A DNA stretch of 64,000 nt, from positions 8,942 to 72,941 of the forward strand of contig CAVZUW010000007.1 of NCBI GenBank assembly GCA_963778545.1. The letters are read 5' to 3'. This DNA comes from an uncultured Actinomycetes bacterium. Its GTDB lineage: Bacteria; Actinomycetota; UBA4738; HRBIN12. The stretch's first letter is position 1; every line of letters begins with the position of its first letter. The notes beneath the pieces were generated by a model that was not told the origin of the DNA, ran no database searches, and was given only the letters and a program-made list of their open reading frames with translations. This document shows, piece after piece, positions 24,230 to 33,456 of the stretch. The position numbers and the translations under genes are program-made.

Positions 24230-24997
24230 ATGAGGCTCGTCCGCTTCCGTTTCGGCGACCGGATCGCGACCGGCGCCGCCGATTTCGAGTCGGACACGAT
24301 CCGCGTCCTGAGGGGCACGTTCTTCGAGGATCCCGTGCCGACCGGCGAGGAGGTCCCGTTCGACGACGTGCGGCTGCTCGCGCCGGTCCTGCCGTCCAAG
24401 GTCGTCTGCGTGGGGAAGAACTACGCCGCGCACGCGGCCGAGTTCGGGATGGAGGTGCCCGAGGAGCCGCTCGTGTTCCTCAAGCCCTCGACCGCGGTGA
24501 TCGGTCCGCGGGACCCGATCCGCCTGCTGCCGATGAGCCGCCGGGTCGACTACGAGGGCGAGCTCGCGGTCGTGATCGGCCGGATCGCGCGCAACGTCCG
24601 GACGGAGGAGGCGTTCAAGCACATCCTCGGCTACACGTGCGGGAACGACGTCACGCTCCGGGACCTGCAGAAGACCGACGACCAGTGGGCCCGCGCGAAG
24701 GGGTTCGACGGGTCGTGCCCGCTCGGGCCCTGGATCGAGACCGACCTCGACCCCAACGACGTCCGGGTCGAGACCCGCGTGAACGGCGAGATCCGCCAGG
24801 CGGGGCAGACGCGCGACATGGTCTTCGGGGTCGCGACGCTGATCGAGTACATCACGACGTTCATGACCCTGTTGCCGGGCGACGTGATCCTGACCGGCAC
24901 GCCGGAGGGGGTGGGCCCGCTCTCGCCGGGCGACCTCGTCGAGGTCGAGGTCGACGGCGTCGGCGCCCTCGCCAACCCGGTGGAGGCCGCCTCGTGA
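24230..24997 (+). CDS. FAH-family protein (2-keto-4-pentenoate hydratase/YcgM-like)
   Basis: ATG 24230: [15 protein letters not shown]...[16 protein letters not shown]...[13 protein letters not shown]...[12 protein letters not shown]...[16 protein letters not shown]. Confidence 0.85.
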   Translation: MRLVRFRFGDRIATGAADFESDTIRVLRGTFFEDPVPTGEEVPFDDVRLLAPVLPSKVVCVGKNYAAHAAEFGMEVPEEPLVFLKPSTAVIGPRDPIRLLPMSRRVDYEGELAVVIGRIARNVRTEEAFKHILGYTCGNDVTLRDLQKTDDQWARAKGFDGSCPLGPWIETDLDPNDVRVETRVNGEIRQAGQTRDMVFGVATLIEYITTFMTLLPGDVILTGTPEGVGPLSPGDLVEVEVDGVGALANPVEAAS

Positions 24998-25019
24998 CCC
25001 GCCACTCGGAGGGCTACCC

Positions 25020-26438
25020 GTGACCGAGGGCGTGCGGACGCGGTTCGCGCCGGCGCCCTCGGGGTCGATCCACGTGGGGAACGCCCGGACCGGGCTGTTC
25101 TCGTGGGCGTTCGCGCGGCACCACGGCGGCGTGTTCGTCCTGCGGATCGAGGATACCGACGCCTCCCGTGTGACCGAGGAGGCGTTCCACTCCGTGATGG
25201 ACTCGCTCCGGTGGCTCGGCATCGACTGGGACGAGGGGCCCGACGTCGGCGGGCCGCACGAGCCCTACCGGCAGTCGCAGCGCCTCGGCATCTACCGCGA
25301 GATGACCGAACGCCTCCTGTCCCAGGGCGACGCGTACCCGTGCTACTGCACCGAGGGGGAGCTGGAGGAACGGCGAAAGGCCGCGCTCGCTCGAGGCGAG
25401 GCGCCCGGCTACGACGGGAAGTGCCGCGACCCCGAGGTTCGGCAGGCGTTCGAGGCCGAGGGGCGCACCGCGGCGATCCGCTTCACGATGCCCGAGCGCG
25501 AGCACGTGGTCGACGACCTCGTGAAGGGCGAGGTCCGGTGGCCGCCGGGTCAGCTGCGCGACTTCGTGATCGTGCGTTCGGACGGCTCGCCGGTGTTCCT
25601 GCTCGCGGTCGCGGTCGACGACATGCTGATGGAGATCACGCACGTGATCCGCGGCGACGACCTGCTCGCGAGCGCGCCCCGCAACGCCGCGGTGATCCAG
25701 GCGCTCGGAGGTACGCCCCCGGCCTACGCGCACGTCCCGCAGGTGAACGGCGCGGACGGCAAGCCGCTGTCCAAGCGCCACGGTTCGACGAGCGTCGAGG
25801 CGTTCCGCGAGCAGGGGATCCTGCCCGAGGCGCTCATGAACTACCTCGCGCTGCTCGGCTGGTCCAAGGACGCGGAGACGACGTTCCTGTCGAAGCAGGA
25901 GCTGATCGACGCGTTCGAGCTCGAGCGGGTCTCGAAGAACCCGGCGCGGTTCGACGTCGAGAAGCTCGAGTGGATGAACAACCACTCCATCCAGTCGCTC
26001 GACGACGACGACCTCGCGTCACGGTGCCTGCACTTCCTGTCGGTCGCGGGGCTGTCGCCGGACCTCGGGCTCCTGCGCCGAGCCATGCCGCTCGTGAAGG
26101 AGCGGATGCGCAAGCTCTCGGAGTCGGTGGAGCTCCTCCGGTTCCTGTTCACCGACGACATCACCCCGGACGAGAAGGCCGCCCAGGTGATCGCGAACGC
26201 GCCCGAGGGCTATCTGAAGAGCGTCGCCGACGGTCTGGCGGAGGTGCAGCCGTGGGAGGCCGAGGCGATCAAGGCCAGGCTCGACGAGCTCGGGGCCGAG
26301 GCCGGCCTGAACCGCACGAAGGGGTTCCAGCCGGTCCGAGCGGCAGCGACCGGGTCCACGGTCTCGCCGCCGCTGCCCGAGTCCCTCGAGCTCCTCGGCC
26401 GCGAGCGCACCCTCGAGCGCCTGCGGGCGGTCGCGTGA
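25020..26438 (+). CDS. gltX: glutamate--tRNA ligase
   Basis: 472 aa, GTG start. RFAPAPSGSIHVGNARTGLF (HIGH-type), VLRIEDTD and KPLSKRHGS (KMSKS-type). Confidence 0.95.
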   Translation: MTEGVRTRFAPAPSGSIHVGNARTGLFSWAFARHHGGVFVLRIEDTDASRVTEEAFHSVMDSLRWLGIDWDEGPDVGGPHEPYRQSQRLGIYREMTERLLSQGDAYPCYCTEGELEERRKAALARGEAPGYDGKCRDPEVRQAFEAEGRTAAIRFTMPEREHVVDDLVKGEVRWPPGQLRDFVIVRSDGSPVFLLAVAVDDMLMEITHVIRGDDLLASAPRNAAVIQALGGTPPAYAHVPQVNGADGKPLSKRHGSTSVEAFREQGILPEALMNYLALLGWSKDAETTFLSKQELIDAFELERVSKNPARFDVEKLEWMNNHSIQSLDDDDLASRCLHFLSVAGLSPDLGLLRRAMPLVKERMRKLSESVELLRFLFTDDITPDEKAAQVIANAPEGYLKSVADGLAEVQPWEAEAIKARLDELGAEAGLNRTKGFQPVRAAATGSTVSPPLPESLELLGRERTLERLRAVA

Positions 26439-27145
26439 GGCGCGCGCTCGTCCTGCTGGTTGCGGCGCTGGTGCTGATCGCGCCGGAGTCGGCCGCGATC
26501 GCGATCGGGCCCCCCGATCCCGGCGACGTGAAGCCGCAGATCGTGTGGAAGAAGATCCCGTTCGGCGCGGCGCGCAAGCGGCAGATGGCGCGCTACTCGA
26601 AGCGCCACTACGGCGAGCGCGCGTATCAGCTGACCGATCCCCAGGTCGTGGTCGAGCACTACACGGACGGGACCTCGTTCGACTCCGCCTGGAACCACTT
26701 CGCCGCGAACGGCACCCACCTGGGCGAGAAGCCGGGGGTGTGCGCGCACTTCCTGATCGACACGGACGGGACGATCTATCAGCTCGTGAACCTGCGGATC
26801 CGGTGTCGGCACGCGATCGGGATGAACTGGACGGCGATCGGCATCGAGCACGTCGGGACGAGCGCCCACGCGATCCTGGACGACCACGACATGATGCGAG
26901 CGTCGCTGCGCCTGACGGTATGGCTGATGTCGCGCTACGGGATCTCGTGGGGCAACGTGATCGGCCACGCCGAGACGCTCCAGAGCCCGTTCCACGAGGA
27001 GCTGTACGACGATTGGCGCTGCAGCACCCACGCGGATTTCAACCGCGGCGAGATGCGGATCTTCCGGCGGCGGCTCACGCGCCTCGCCGGGCGGCTCGAC
27101 GTTCCGATCGGCGCCGGCCCGCACTGGGTCGACTCGGGCTGCTAG
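26435..27145 (+). CDS. N-acetylmuramoyl-L-alanine amidase (Amidase_2/PGRP-fold), secreted
   Basis: GTG 26435 overlaps the gltX stop (GTGA). Signal-like VRRALVLLVAALVLIAPESAA, then VVEHYTDG...GVCAHFLIDTDGTIYQLV...AIGIEHVG...NVIGHAE. Confidence 0.7.
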   Translation: MRRALVLLVAALVLIAPESAAIAIGPPDPGDVKPQIVWKKIPFGAARKRQMARYSKRHYGERAYQLTDPQVVVEHYTDGTSFDSAWNHFAANGTHLGEKPGVCAHFLIDTDGTIYQLVNLRIRCRHAIGMNWTAIGIEHVGTSAHAILDDHDMMRASLRLTVWLMSRYGISWGNVIGHAETLQSPFHEELYDDWRCSTHADFNRGEMRIFRRRLTRLAGRLDVPIGAGPHWVDSGC

Positions 27146-28140
27146 GCGTTCGCGAGCGCCCGCCGGAGCGCGTCCGCGGCGTCCTCGGGCGCGACGGTGT
27201 TGATCGCCATCGCCGAACCGATCTCGAACCCCGCCTGCGTCGAGATCCGGGGGATCAGCTTGAGGTGCCAGTGGAAGACCTGCTCGGCGTGCCCGCCATT
27301 CGTCGGCGCCGAGTACATCACGAGGTTGAAGTCGGGATCGCCGCACGCACGGCGCACCGCGGTGAGGGTTCGGATGAGGATGCCCGCGAGGTCCTCGATC
27401 GCGTCGTCGGCCAGGTCGCCGAACGAGCCCTGGTGGAACGCCGGCGCGATCCACGTCTCGAACGGCGTCTGCGCCGCCCACGGCTCGAACGCGACGAATC
27501 CCCCGACCTCGTCGACCATGCGCACGCCGGCCCGCCGTTCGGCCTCGATCAGCTCGTCGTACACACAGATCCCGTGCTCATCGAAGTGCCGCGTCGCCAC
27601 ATCGAGCCTGCGGAGCAACCGGGGGAGGAACACCGGCGTCGCCACGATCTGTGAGTGCGTGTGCGTGAGCGAGGTTCCCGCCAGGGTTCCGAAGTTCTTG
27701 AACACGACCACGGCGCGGACGTCGGGTCTCGCGATCAGCTCGCGGTACCGCCGTCGCCAGACCCGGACGACCCCCGCGACCTCGTCCTGGGACATCTCGT
27801 CCATCCGGCCGTCGTGCCGGGGGGTCTCGATCACGACCTCGTGGCTCCCGATGCCGGGCATCTGGCGGAACATCGGCTCGCCCGAGCGCCCCGCGGAGCC
27901 GTCGCCGGAGAGCGCGGCGTACATGTTCGGGACCACGCGGACCTGCCAGTCCGGTCCCGGCGGGTCGCGGAGGATCTCGGGGGGCGTCTGGTCCTCGTTG
28001 CCCGGGCAGAACGGGCAGGACGGGTCGCGTTCGGGCAGCTCGGGACGGGGAATCACGACGGGTTCGTGCGGCCGCTCCTCGCGACGGGTGGCGAGGATCG
28101 CCCACTGGCGGGTCGTCGGGTCCTGTCTCAGCGTCGACAT
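27142..28140 (-). CDS. galactose-1-phosphate uridylyltransferase-like (GalT/HIT superfamily) nucleotidyltransferase
   Basis: 332 aa: CPFCPGNE (zinc knuckle), SHEVVIETPRH, GTSLTHTHSQIVATP (HxHxQ active site). Confidence 0.8.
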   Translation of the reverse strand: MSTLRQDPTTRQWAILATRREERPHEPVVIPRPELPERDPSCPFCPGNEDQTPPEILRDPPGPDWQVRVVPNMYAALSGDGSAGRSGEPMFRQMPGIGSHEVVIETPRHDGRMDEMSQDEVAGVVRVWRRRYRELIARPDVRAVVVFKNFGTLAGTSLTHTHSQIVATPVFLPRLLRRLDVATRHFDEHGICVYDELIEAERRAGVRMVDEVGGFVAFEPWAAQTPFETWIAPAFHQGSFGDLADDAIEDLAGILIRTLTAVRRACGDPDFNLVMYSAPTNGGHAEQVFHWHLKLIPRISTQAGFEIGSAMAINTVAPEDAADALRRALANA

Positions 28141-28169
28141 GGAGCTTGGGAGGGTAGCGAACGGGCCGT

Positions 28170-28478
28170 TCAGGCGCGACGGCGCTTCGGCGACAGGACG
28201 CGGCCGAGGAAGGCGATCCCGACGGCGAGCCCCACCGGGAACAGCGCCACCGAGAGGACCAGCAGGGTCAGGACCACGCCGGTGTTCGCGGTGTCGGAGG
28301 AGAACGTCGTCCCCTTGGTCGCCGCGTAGACGTTCGCGACGACGTAGAACGTGATCGGGATCAGGAACGGGAGCATCACGAACACCGCGAACGCGGCGAG
28401 GCCGATCCCCACGCCCACGAACCGGGAGCCGAAGGGTCCCGCGGCTCTGCCATCGGTGTCGGGTTCCACGCCGCGCAT
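28170..28478 (-). CDS. small membrane protein
   Basis: 102 aa with three predicted hydrophobic helices. No recognisable family. Confidence 0.4.
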   Translation of the reverse strand: MRGVEPDTDGRAAGPFGSRFVGVGIGLAAFAVFVMLPFLIPITFYVVANVYAATKGTTFSSDTANTGVVLTLLVLSVALFPVGLAVGIAFLGRVLSPKRRRA

Positions 28479-28479
28479 C

Positions 28480-28809
28480 CTAGCGCGGACGGATCTCGAC
28501 GACGCCGTCGGTGACGCGGGTCTCGTACACGGGCACGGGTTCGGTCGCCGGTCCGCGCATCACCTTCCCCTGCGCGAGGTCGAACGTGCTGCCGTGCAGG
28601 GGGCACTGCACGGTCCGGAGCGAGCCCCCGAACCGCACCGGCCCCTTGTGCAGCGGCGCCCCCTGATGCGAGCAGCGGTTGCCGATCGCGAACAGCTCGT
28701 CACCGTCGCGCACCAGGAGCACGTCGGCGCCGTGCGCGTCGACCCGTATCGGCTTCCGCTCGGGGAGGTCCTCCAGGAGCCCGATCGGGATCCAGCCGTC
28801 GTCGCTCAC
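28480..28809 (-). CDS. Rieske [2Fe-2S] domain (separate small ferredoxin from GTG 28809, or the C-terminal domain of the upstream regulator)
   Basis: VSDDGWIPIGLLEDLPERKPIRVDAHGADVLLVRDGDELFAIGNRCSHQGAPL...VQCPLHGSTFDL carries the CxH...CxxH Rieske ligands. It is in the same frame as the TPR region, with no intervening stop. Confidence 0.7.
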   Translation of the reverse strand: MSDDGWIPIGLLEDLPERKPIRVDAHGADVLLVRDGDELFAIGNRCSHQGAPLHKGPVRFGGSLRTVQCPLHGSTFDLAQGKVMRGPATEPVPVYETRVTDGVVEIRPR

Positions 28810-31800
28810 GGGCGGGTCCCCCGGGCGGTCCCGTCGAGCGGGGGAGACGGCCCCGAGCGCGGCGAAGATCTCCTCGGCGCGCCGGTCGTGGTCACGGGGT
28901 TCCGGGGCGCCGAGCCCGGAGCGGCAGCGGCTCGCGCCGAGCAGCGCGATCCCGGTCTCGAGCTGGTGGCCGTACCGGGTCCATCCCTCGACCGCCTGCT
29001 CGTACAGATCGGCCGCGGCCTCGAGGTTCCCGAGCGTCTCCTCGAGCGCGGCTTTGGCCGAGAGCAGCGACAGGTCGTGCCGCTGCGCGGTGACCCTCGC
29101 CCCGTCGATGAGCCGCCGGGCGAGCGGCACGCTCTCGGTCGCTGCGCAGACCCGGACGAGGTCCGCGAGGAAGTTCTCGCGGTACCAAGCCAACGAGACC
29201 TCCGCCTCACGCTCGAGCTCCTCGACGATCCGGATCGCTTCCTGCCCACGACCCTCGCGGACCGCGACGAGCGCGGCGGCCACCTCGGCCGGGACCAGGA
29301 CCTGCGCGTCGCGGATGTGTGCCGACCGAACCATCGATTCCGACGCCGCATCGGCGGCCTCACCGTGCCGGCCGCGCCACAGGAGGACCTGCGCGAGCCA
29401 GGGCTGCGCGAGCCCGGCCGCGTAGTCGCCGCCTGCGTCCCTCGATCGCCGGAGGACGTCGTCCGCGACCTGGAGGAGCTCGTCCCACGCCCCGACGTCG
29501 AAGAGCGGCCCGAGGCTGAGCGCGTCGAACCACAGGCCCATGTCCAGGAGGCCGCGACGCTCGGCGAGATCTCCGCCCTCGCGAACGGTCTCGAGCGCGA
29601 CGACCGGTCCCTCGGTCGCCCATTCCACCTCGGCGCGGACGAGCAGGGCGAGCGCGTGCTCCCGCGAGCTGCCGTGGCTCTCCGCGACGCCGAGCGCCCG
29701 CCGCAGATCGTGGAGGCCGCCGGCGTCCCCCAGGAAGCATCGGGCGATCCCCCGGTAGCTGAGCGCTCGCGACTCGAGCCATCCGACCTCGAGCTTGGTC
29801 GAAAGCTCGAGGGAGCGGTCGCACCATTCGATCGCCTCCGTGAACGACCCGGAGACGATCCGGGCCACCGCCACGAAGGCGAAGCAGGTCGCGAGGTCGA
29901 CGCCGGGGGGTTCGGACTCCAGGATCGATACCGCCTCGGCGAGGCGCTCGCGGCTCTCTGCGAGCGCGCCGCGTTCCCACAGGACGTTCGCGAGCTTGGT
30001 GAGGCCGGCTCCCTCGCCGACGCGGTCGCCGATCGCGCGGAACGCGGAGATCGCCTCGCGATAGGTCCCCTCGGCCTCCTCGTAGCGACCCGCGTCCTTG
30101 ACCGCCTCCGCCTTGAAGTAGAGCGCGCTCGCGCGCTCCGGATGATCCGAGGGCAGGAGGGCCAGGACCTCGTCGAAACACACCGTCGCGCGCGAGATGT
30201 CCAGGGTCATCGCGTTCTCGCCCGCCATCATCAGGGCCCGGCGCGTGGACACCCCGAGCGCGTCGACGGCCTCGCTGCCGGCCGCGCGACTGAGCTCGAG
30301 CGCCTGCCCGTAGTGGTGGGCGAGCAGCTCCGCGCGGTCGGACAAGCGCTCGGCGGCCATGCGCTCGATCCACTGGGCTGTTGCCACGTGCTTGTCCACA
30401 CGGGCGAGCCGGGGGATCTGACCGTAGGCGACGTCGCGGATCAACGCATGCGCGAAGGCGTACTCGGTATCCCCGTGCATCGAAGAGACGCGGACGGGCC
30501 GAACGAGCTCGCGATGGGCAAGCTCGTGGAGCCCGGCGCGGACGGTCTCGAGGTCGGTCGCGCCGACCGCCGCGACCGCCGAGGGCCAGAACACCTTCCC
30601 GATCACCGACGCGTCCTGCACGAGCGACTTCTGCTCGGCGGCCAGCGTGTCGAGCCGCGCCGCGATGATCGCCTGCAGGCTCTCGGGCGCGTTGCTCGAC
30701 AGGGTCGCGGCCTGGCCGAGCGCCGGCGGGGTCCGACCGTTCGTCGAGCATCCGCGCGAACTCCTCCGCGAACAGCGGGTTGCCCCCGGCCCGCTCGGCG
30801 ATCAGCTCGCGGACGTCGGCCCCGGTGCCGGGAGCGAGGACGTTGTCGAGGAGCAGGAGGGTCTCCGCGTCGCTCAGGGGCGTGAGCGAGACCATGACCG
30901 AGTTGCGCATCCCGCCGCCCCACCGCGGATCGCGTTGCAGCATCTCGGGTCTCGCGGTGCACACGATCAGCATGGGGAAGCCCGTCGACCACTCGAGCAC
31001 GTGCTCGACGAACTCGACCATCGCCGGTTGCGCCCAGTGCAGATCCTCGATCGCGATCACGAGGGGGCGGATGGACGCGATCGCCTCGAGGAAGCGGCGC
31101 CAGGCGCTGAACGACTCCGTCTGCTCGACGGCGTCCGACTGCGGGTCGGCCAGGCCGATGAGCGGCGCGAGACGTGCCCGGAGCCACTCCTGCTCGGCGG
31201 CGTCCTCGACGAGGCCCTCGACGGAGGCGGAGAGCTTGGCGTGTGCGGTGGGGGCGTCGTCCGACTCGAGGATGCCCGCCTGCGCCTTCACGATCTGCCC
31301 GAGCGCCCAGTACGTGACGCCCTCGCCGTAGGGGAGGCAGCGCCCCTGCCGCCATGCCGCCACCAGGTCGGGCTGATCGTCGAGGTGCGAGAAGAGCTCG
31401 CCGATCATCCGGCTCTTGCCGACGCCCGGCTCGCCGAGCAGCGTCACGAGCTGGACGGACGGTTCGCGCGCGGCTCGCGCGAACGTGTGCTTCAGGAGCT
31501 CGAGCTCGTCCTGCCGCCCCACGAACGGGGTGGACGGGCGGTGATGGAGCTCGGCGCCGAACCGGCTGTGCGCGGCCTTCGCGACCCAGACGGGGAGCGC
31601 CTCGGCCTTGCCCTTGACCTGCACCGGGTCGAGCGGCTCGTAGTCGAAGAGGTCGCGTGTGAGCCGGTGCGTGCCCTCGCCCACCAGGATCCCGCCGATC
31701 GGGGCCACCCCCTGCAGCCGGGAAGCGGTGTTCACGACGTCCCCGATCGCGATGCCCTGCGCGGATGGCTCCGTGCCGACCGAGACGACGGCGACGCCCG

Positions 31801-32212
31801 TCTCGATCCCGATCCGCACGGCGAGCGGGAGGTCGTGGTTGGTCTCGTTGAGCTCCTCGATCACGGGGGGGATGCGGAGGGCGCTGAAGACCGCTCGCTG
31901 CGCGTCGTCCTCGTGCGCGACCGGGGCGCCGAACACGGCCATCACCGCGTCGCCGATGAACTTCTCGACGGTGCCGCCGAACCGTTCGATCTCGCGCCGG
32001 ACCCGAGCGTGATACGTCGCGAGCGTGTCCTGGACGTCCTCGGGATCGGCGAGATCGAAGCGCGACGTGAACTCGACGAGGTCGCAGAACAGGATCGTGA
32101 CGACCTTGCGTTCCTCGCGCGTGCGGCCGTCGGAGTCCAGCGCGTTGCCGCAGGCCGCACAGTAGTGCGCGGCCTGCGGATTGCGATGACCGCAGGTCCG
32201 ACAGACCGTCAC
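28810..32212 (-). CDS. class III adenylate/guanylate cyclase - AAA/STAND ATPase - TPR multidomain regulator (one frame change near ~30715)
   Basis: - ORF 29360..32212 N-terminus: zinc-ribbon CRTCGHRNPQAAHYCAACG
- Cyclase domain: VTILFCDLVEFTS...FIGDAVMAVFGAP...GDVVNTASRLQ
- P-loop: LLGEPGVGKSR
- The frame then changes into ORF 28480..30621: ...LQAIIAARLDTL / QDASVIGKVFW..., followed by long TPR-like repeats. Confidence 0.8.
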
Positions 32213-32321
32213 GGCCGAAGTGTAGACCGTGCCCCGCTAGGCACCGGGCAGCGTCGCTCGCCGACCTTGACCCGGTTCGCGGTGGGGCGTAGGTTCGTTC
32301 GGCCCGAGAAGGAGGGCTCGC

Positions 32322-32543
32322 ATGGCCAGGATCGCGGATTTCCTCGAGAAGCTGACGTCGGACGAGGACTTCGAGGAGGAGTTCGGCCAGAGTGACGAGA
32401 GTGCCGAGAGGGTCATGAACAGGTTCGGGCTGGACAAAGACCAAAAGGACCTGATCCTGAACGGCACGGCCAAGCAGATCCGGAAGGCGGTCTTCGAGGA
32501 GCTCGGCAAGGACGCCCTCGTCTTCCGGGTCAAGATGCACTAG
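32322..32543 (+). CDS. candidate split-borosin precursor peptide (SonA-like, N-terminal helical recognition domain plus short C-terminal core)
   Basis: 73 aa: MARIADFLEKLTSDEDFEEEFGQSDESAERVMNRFGLDKDQKDLILNGTAKQIRKAVFEELGKDALVFRVKMH. A strong SD (GAAGGAGG, 32308-32316) precedes the ATG. The stop lies 5 nt before the methyltransferase start. As I recall it, the layout resembles the Shewanella SonA precursor (..FF.QL..D..L.E.Y..NPEAVM...GL.). Confidence 0.55.
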   Translation: MARIADFLEKLTSDEDFEEEFGQSDESAERVMNRFGLDKDQKDLILNGTAKQIRKAVFEELGKDALVFRVKMH

Positions 32544-32548
32544 CCCGG

Positions 32549-33358
32549 GTGGTGGCGAAGCCCGATCCGCGGGCAGGCTCGCTAACGATCGTCGGTGCGG
32601 GGATCCGGCCCGGGTTCCACACCACGCGCGAGGCGGTCGCCCGGATCAAGGACGCCGAGAAGGTCCTGTACCTGCTCGCCGAGGTCACGCCGGTCCGATG
32701 GCTCGAGGAGCTCAACCCCTCGGCCGAGTCGCTCGAGCACGCCTATCGCCCCGGTCGGCGATACGCCGAGGTCTACGAGGAGATCGTCGGCACGATCGTC
32801 CGCCATGTCCGCGAAGGCCTCGACGTCTGCGTGGTCTTCTACGGGCATCCCGGTGTGTTCGACCGTACGTCGTACGACGCCTTGGCGCGCGCTCGGGCCG
32901 AGGGGTTCGCGGCGAGGATCCTGCCGGGCATCACGGCGGAGGATTGCCTCTACGTCGACCTCGAGCTCGACCCTGGGAAGACCGGGTGTCAGAGCTACGA
33001 CGCCACGGACTTCCTCGTCCGGCGGAGGCGGCCCGACGTTACGGTCCCGCTGATCCTGTGGCAGGTGGGCATCGTCGGGGGGTCGGAGACGACCGGAGAG
33101 GTCCGGCGGTCCGGCCTGCAGGTGCTCGCCGAACGGCTCGAGGAGCTGTACGGCCCCGAGCACGAGGCGATCGTCTACGAGGCGACCCCGTTTCCCGTCG
33201 GCCGCCCGTTCATCGAACCGTGCGGGGTACGCCACCTCGCCGACTCGGGGATCACGGGCCTCTCGACGTTGTACGTGCCCCCGAAGGGCTCGGCGCCCCG
33301 CGATCGCGACCTCATGGCCCGTCTCGAGATGGTCCCGACGCCCGGGAGCGAGGGCTAG
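32549..33358 (+). CDS. TP_methylase-fold SAM-dependent methyltransferase, SonM/OphMA (borosin alpha-N-methyltransferase)-like
   Basis: 269 aa: GSLTIVGAGIRPG...VLYLLAEVTPVRWLEELNPSAESL...AYRPGRRYAEVYEEIV...VCVVFYGHPGVFDRTSYDALARARAEGF.ARILPGITAEDCLYVDLELDPGKTGCQSYDATDFL...LILWQVGIVG...EAIVYEA...LSTLYVPP. There are no cobalamin, siroheme or diphthamide genes nearby. Confidence 0.7.
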   Translation: MVAKPDPRAGSLTIVGAGIRPGFHTTREAVARIKDAEKVLYLLAEVTPVRWLEELNPSAESLEHAYRPGRRYAEVYEEIVGTIVRHVREGLDVCVVFYGHPGVFDRTSYDALARARAEGFAARILPGITAEDCLYVDLELDPGKTGCQSYDATDFLVRRRRPDVTVPLILWQVGIVGGSETTGEVRRSGLQVLAERLEELYGPEHEAIVYEATPFPVGRPFIEPCGVRHLADSGITGLSTLYVPPKGSAPRDRDLMARLEMVPTPGSEG

Positions 33359-33456
33359 TCCCGACGTCCCGCTCGGCGGAGGCCGAGCACGAGCGCATCG
33401 CGATCCCCCTTCCGCATCGTCTTTCGTGAGGGCACAATCGGGGGCGGGGTGAGGGC

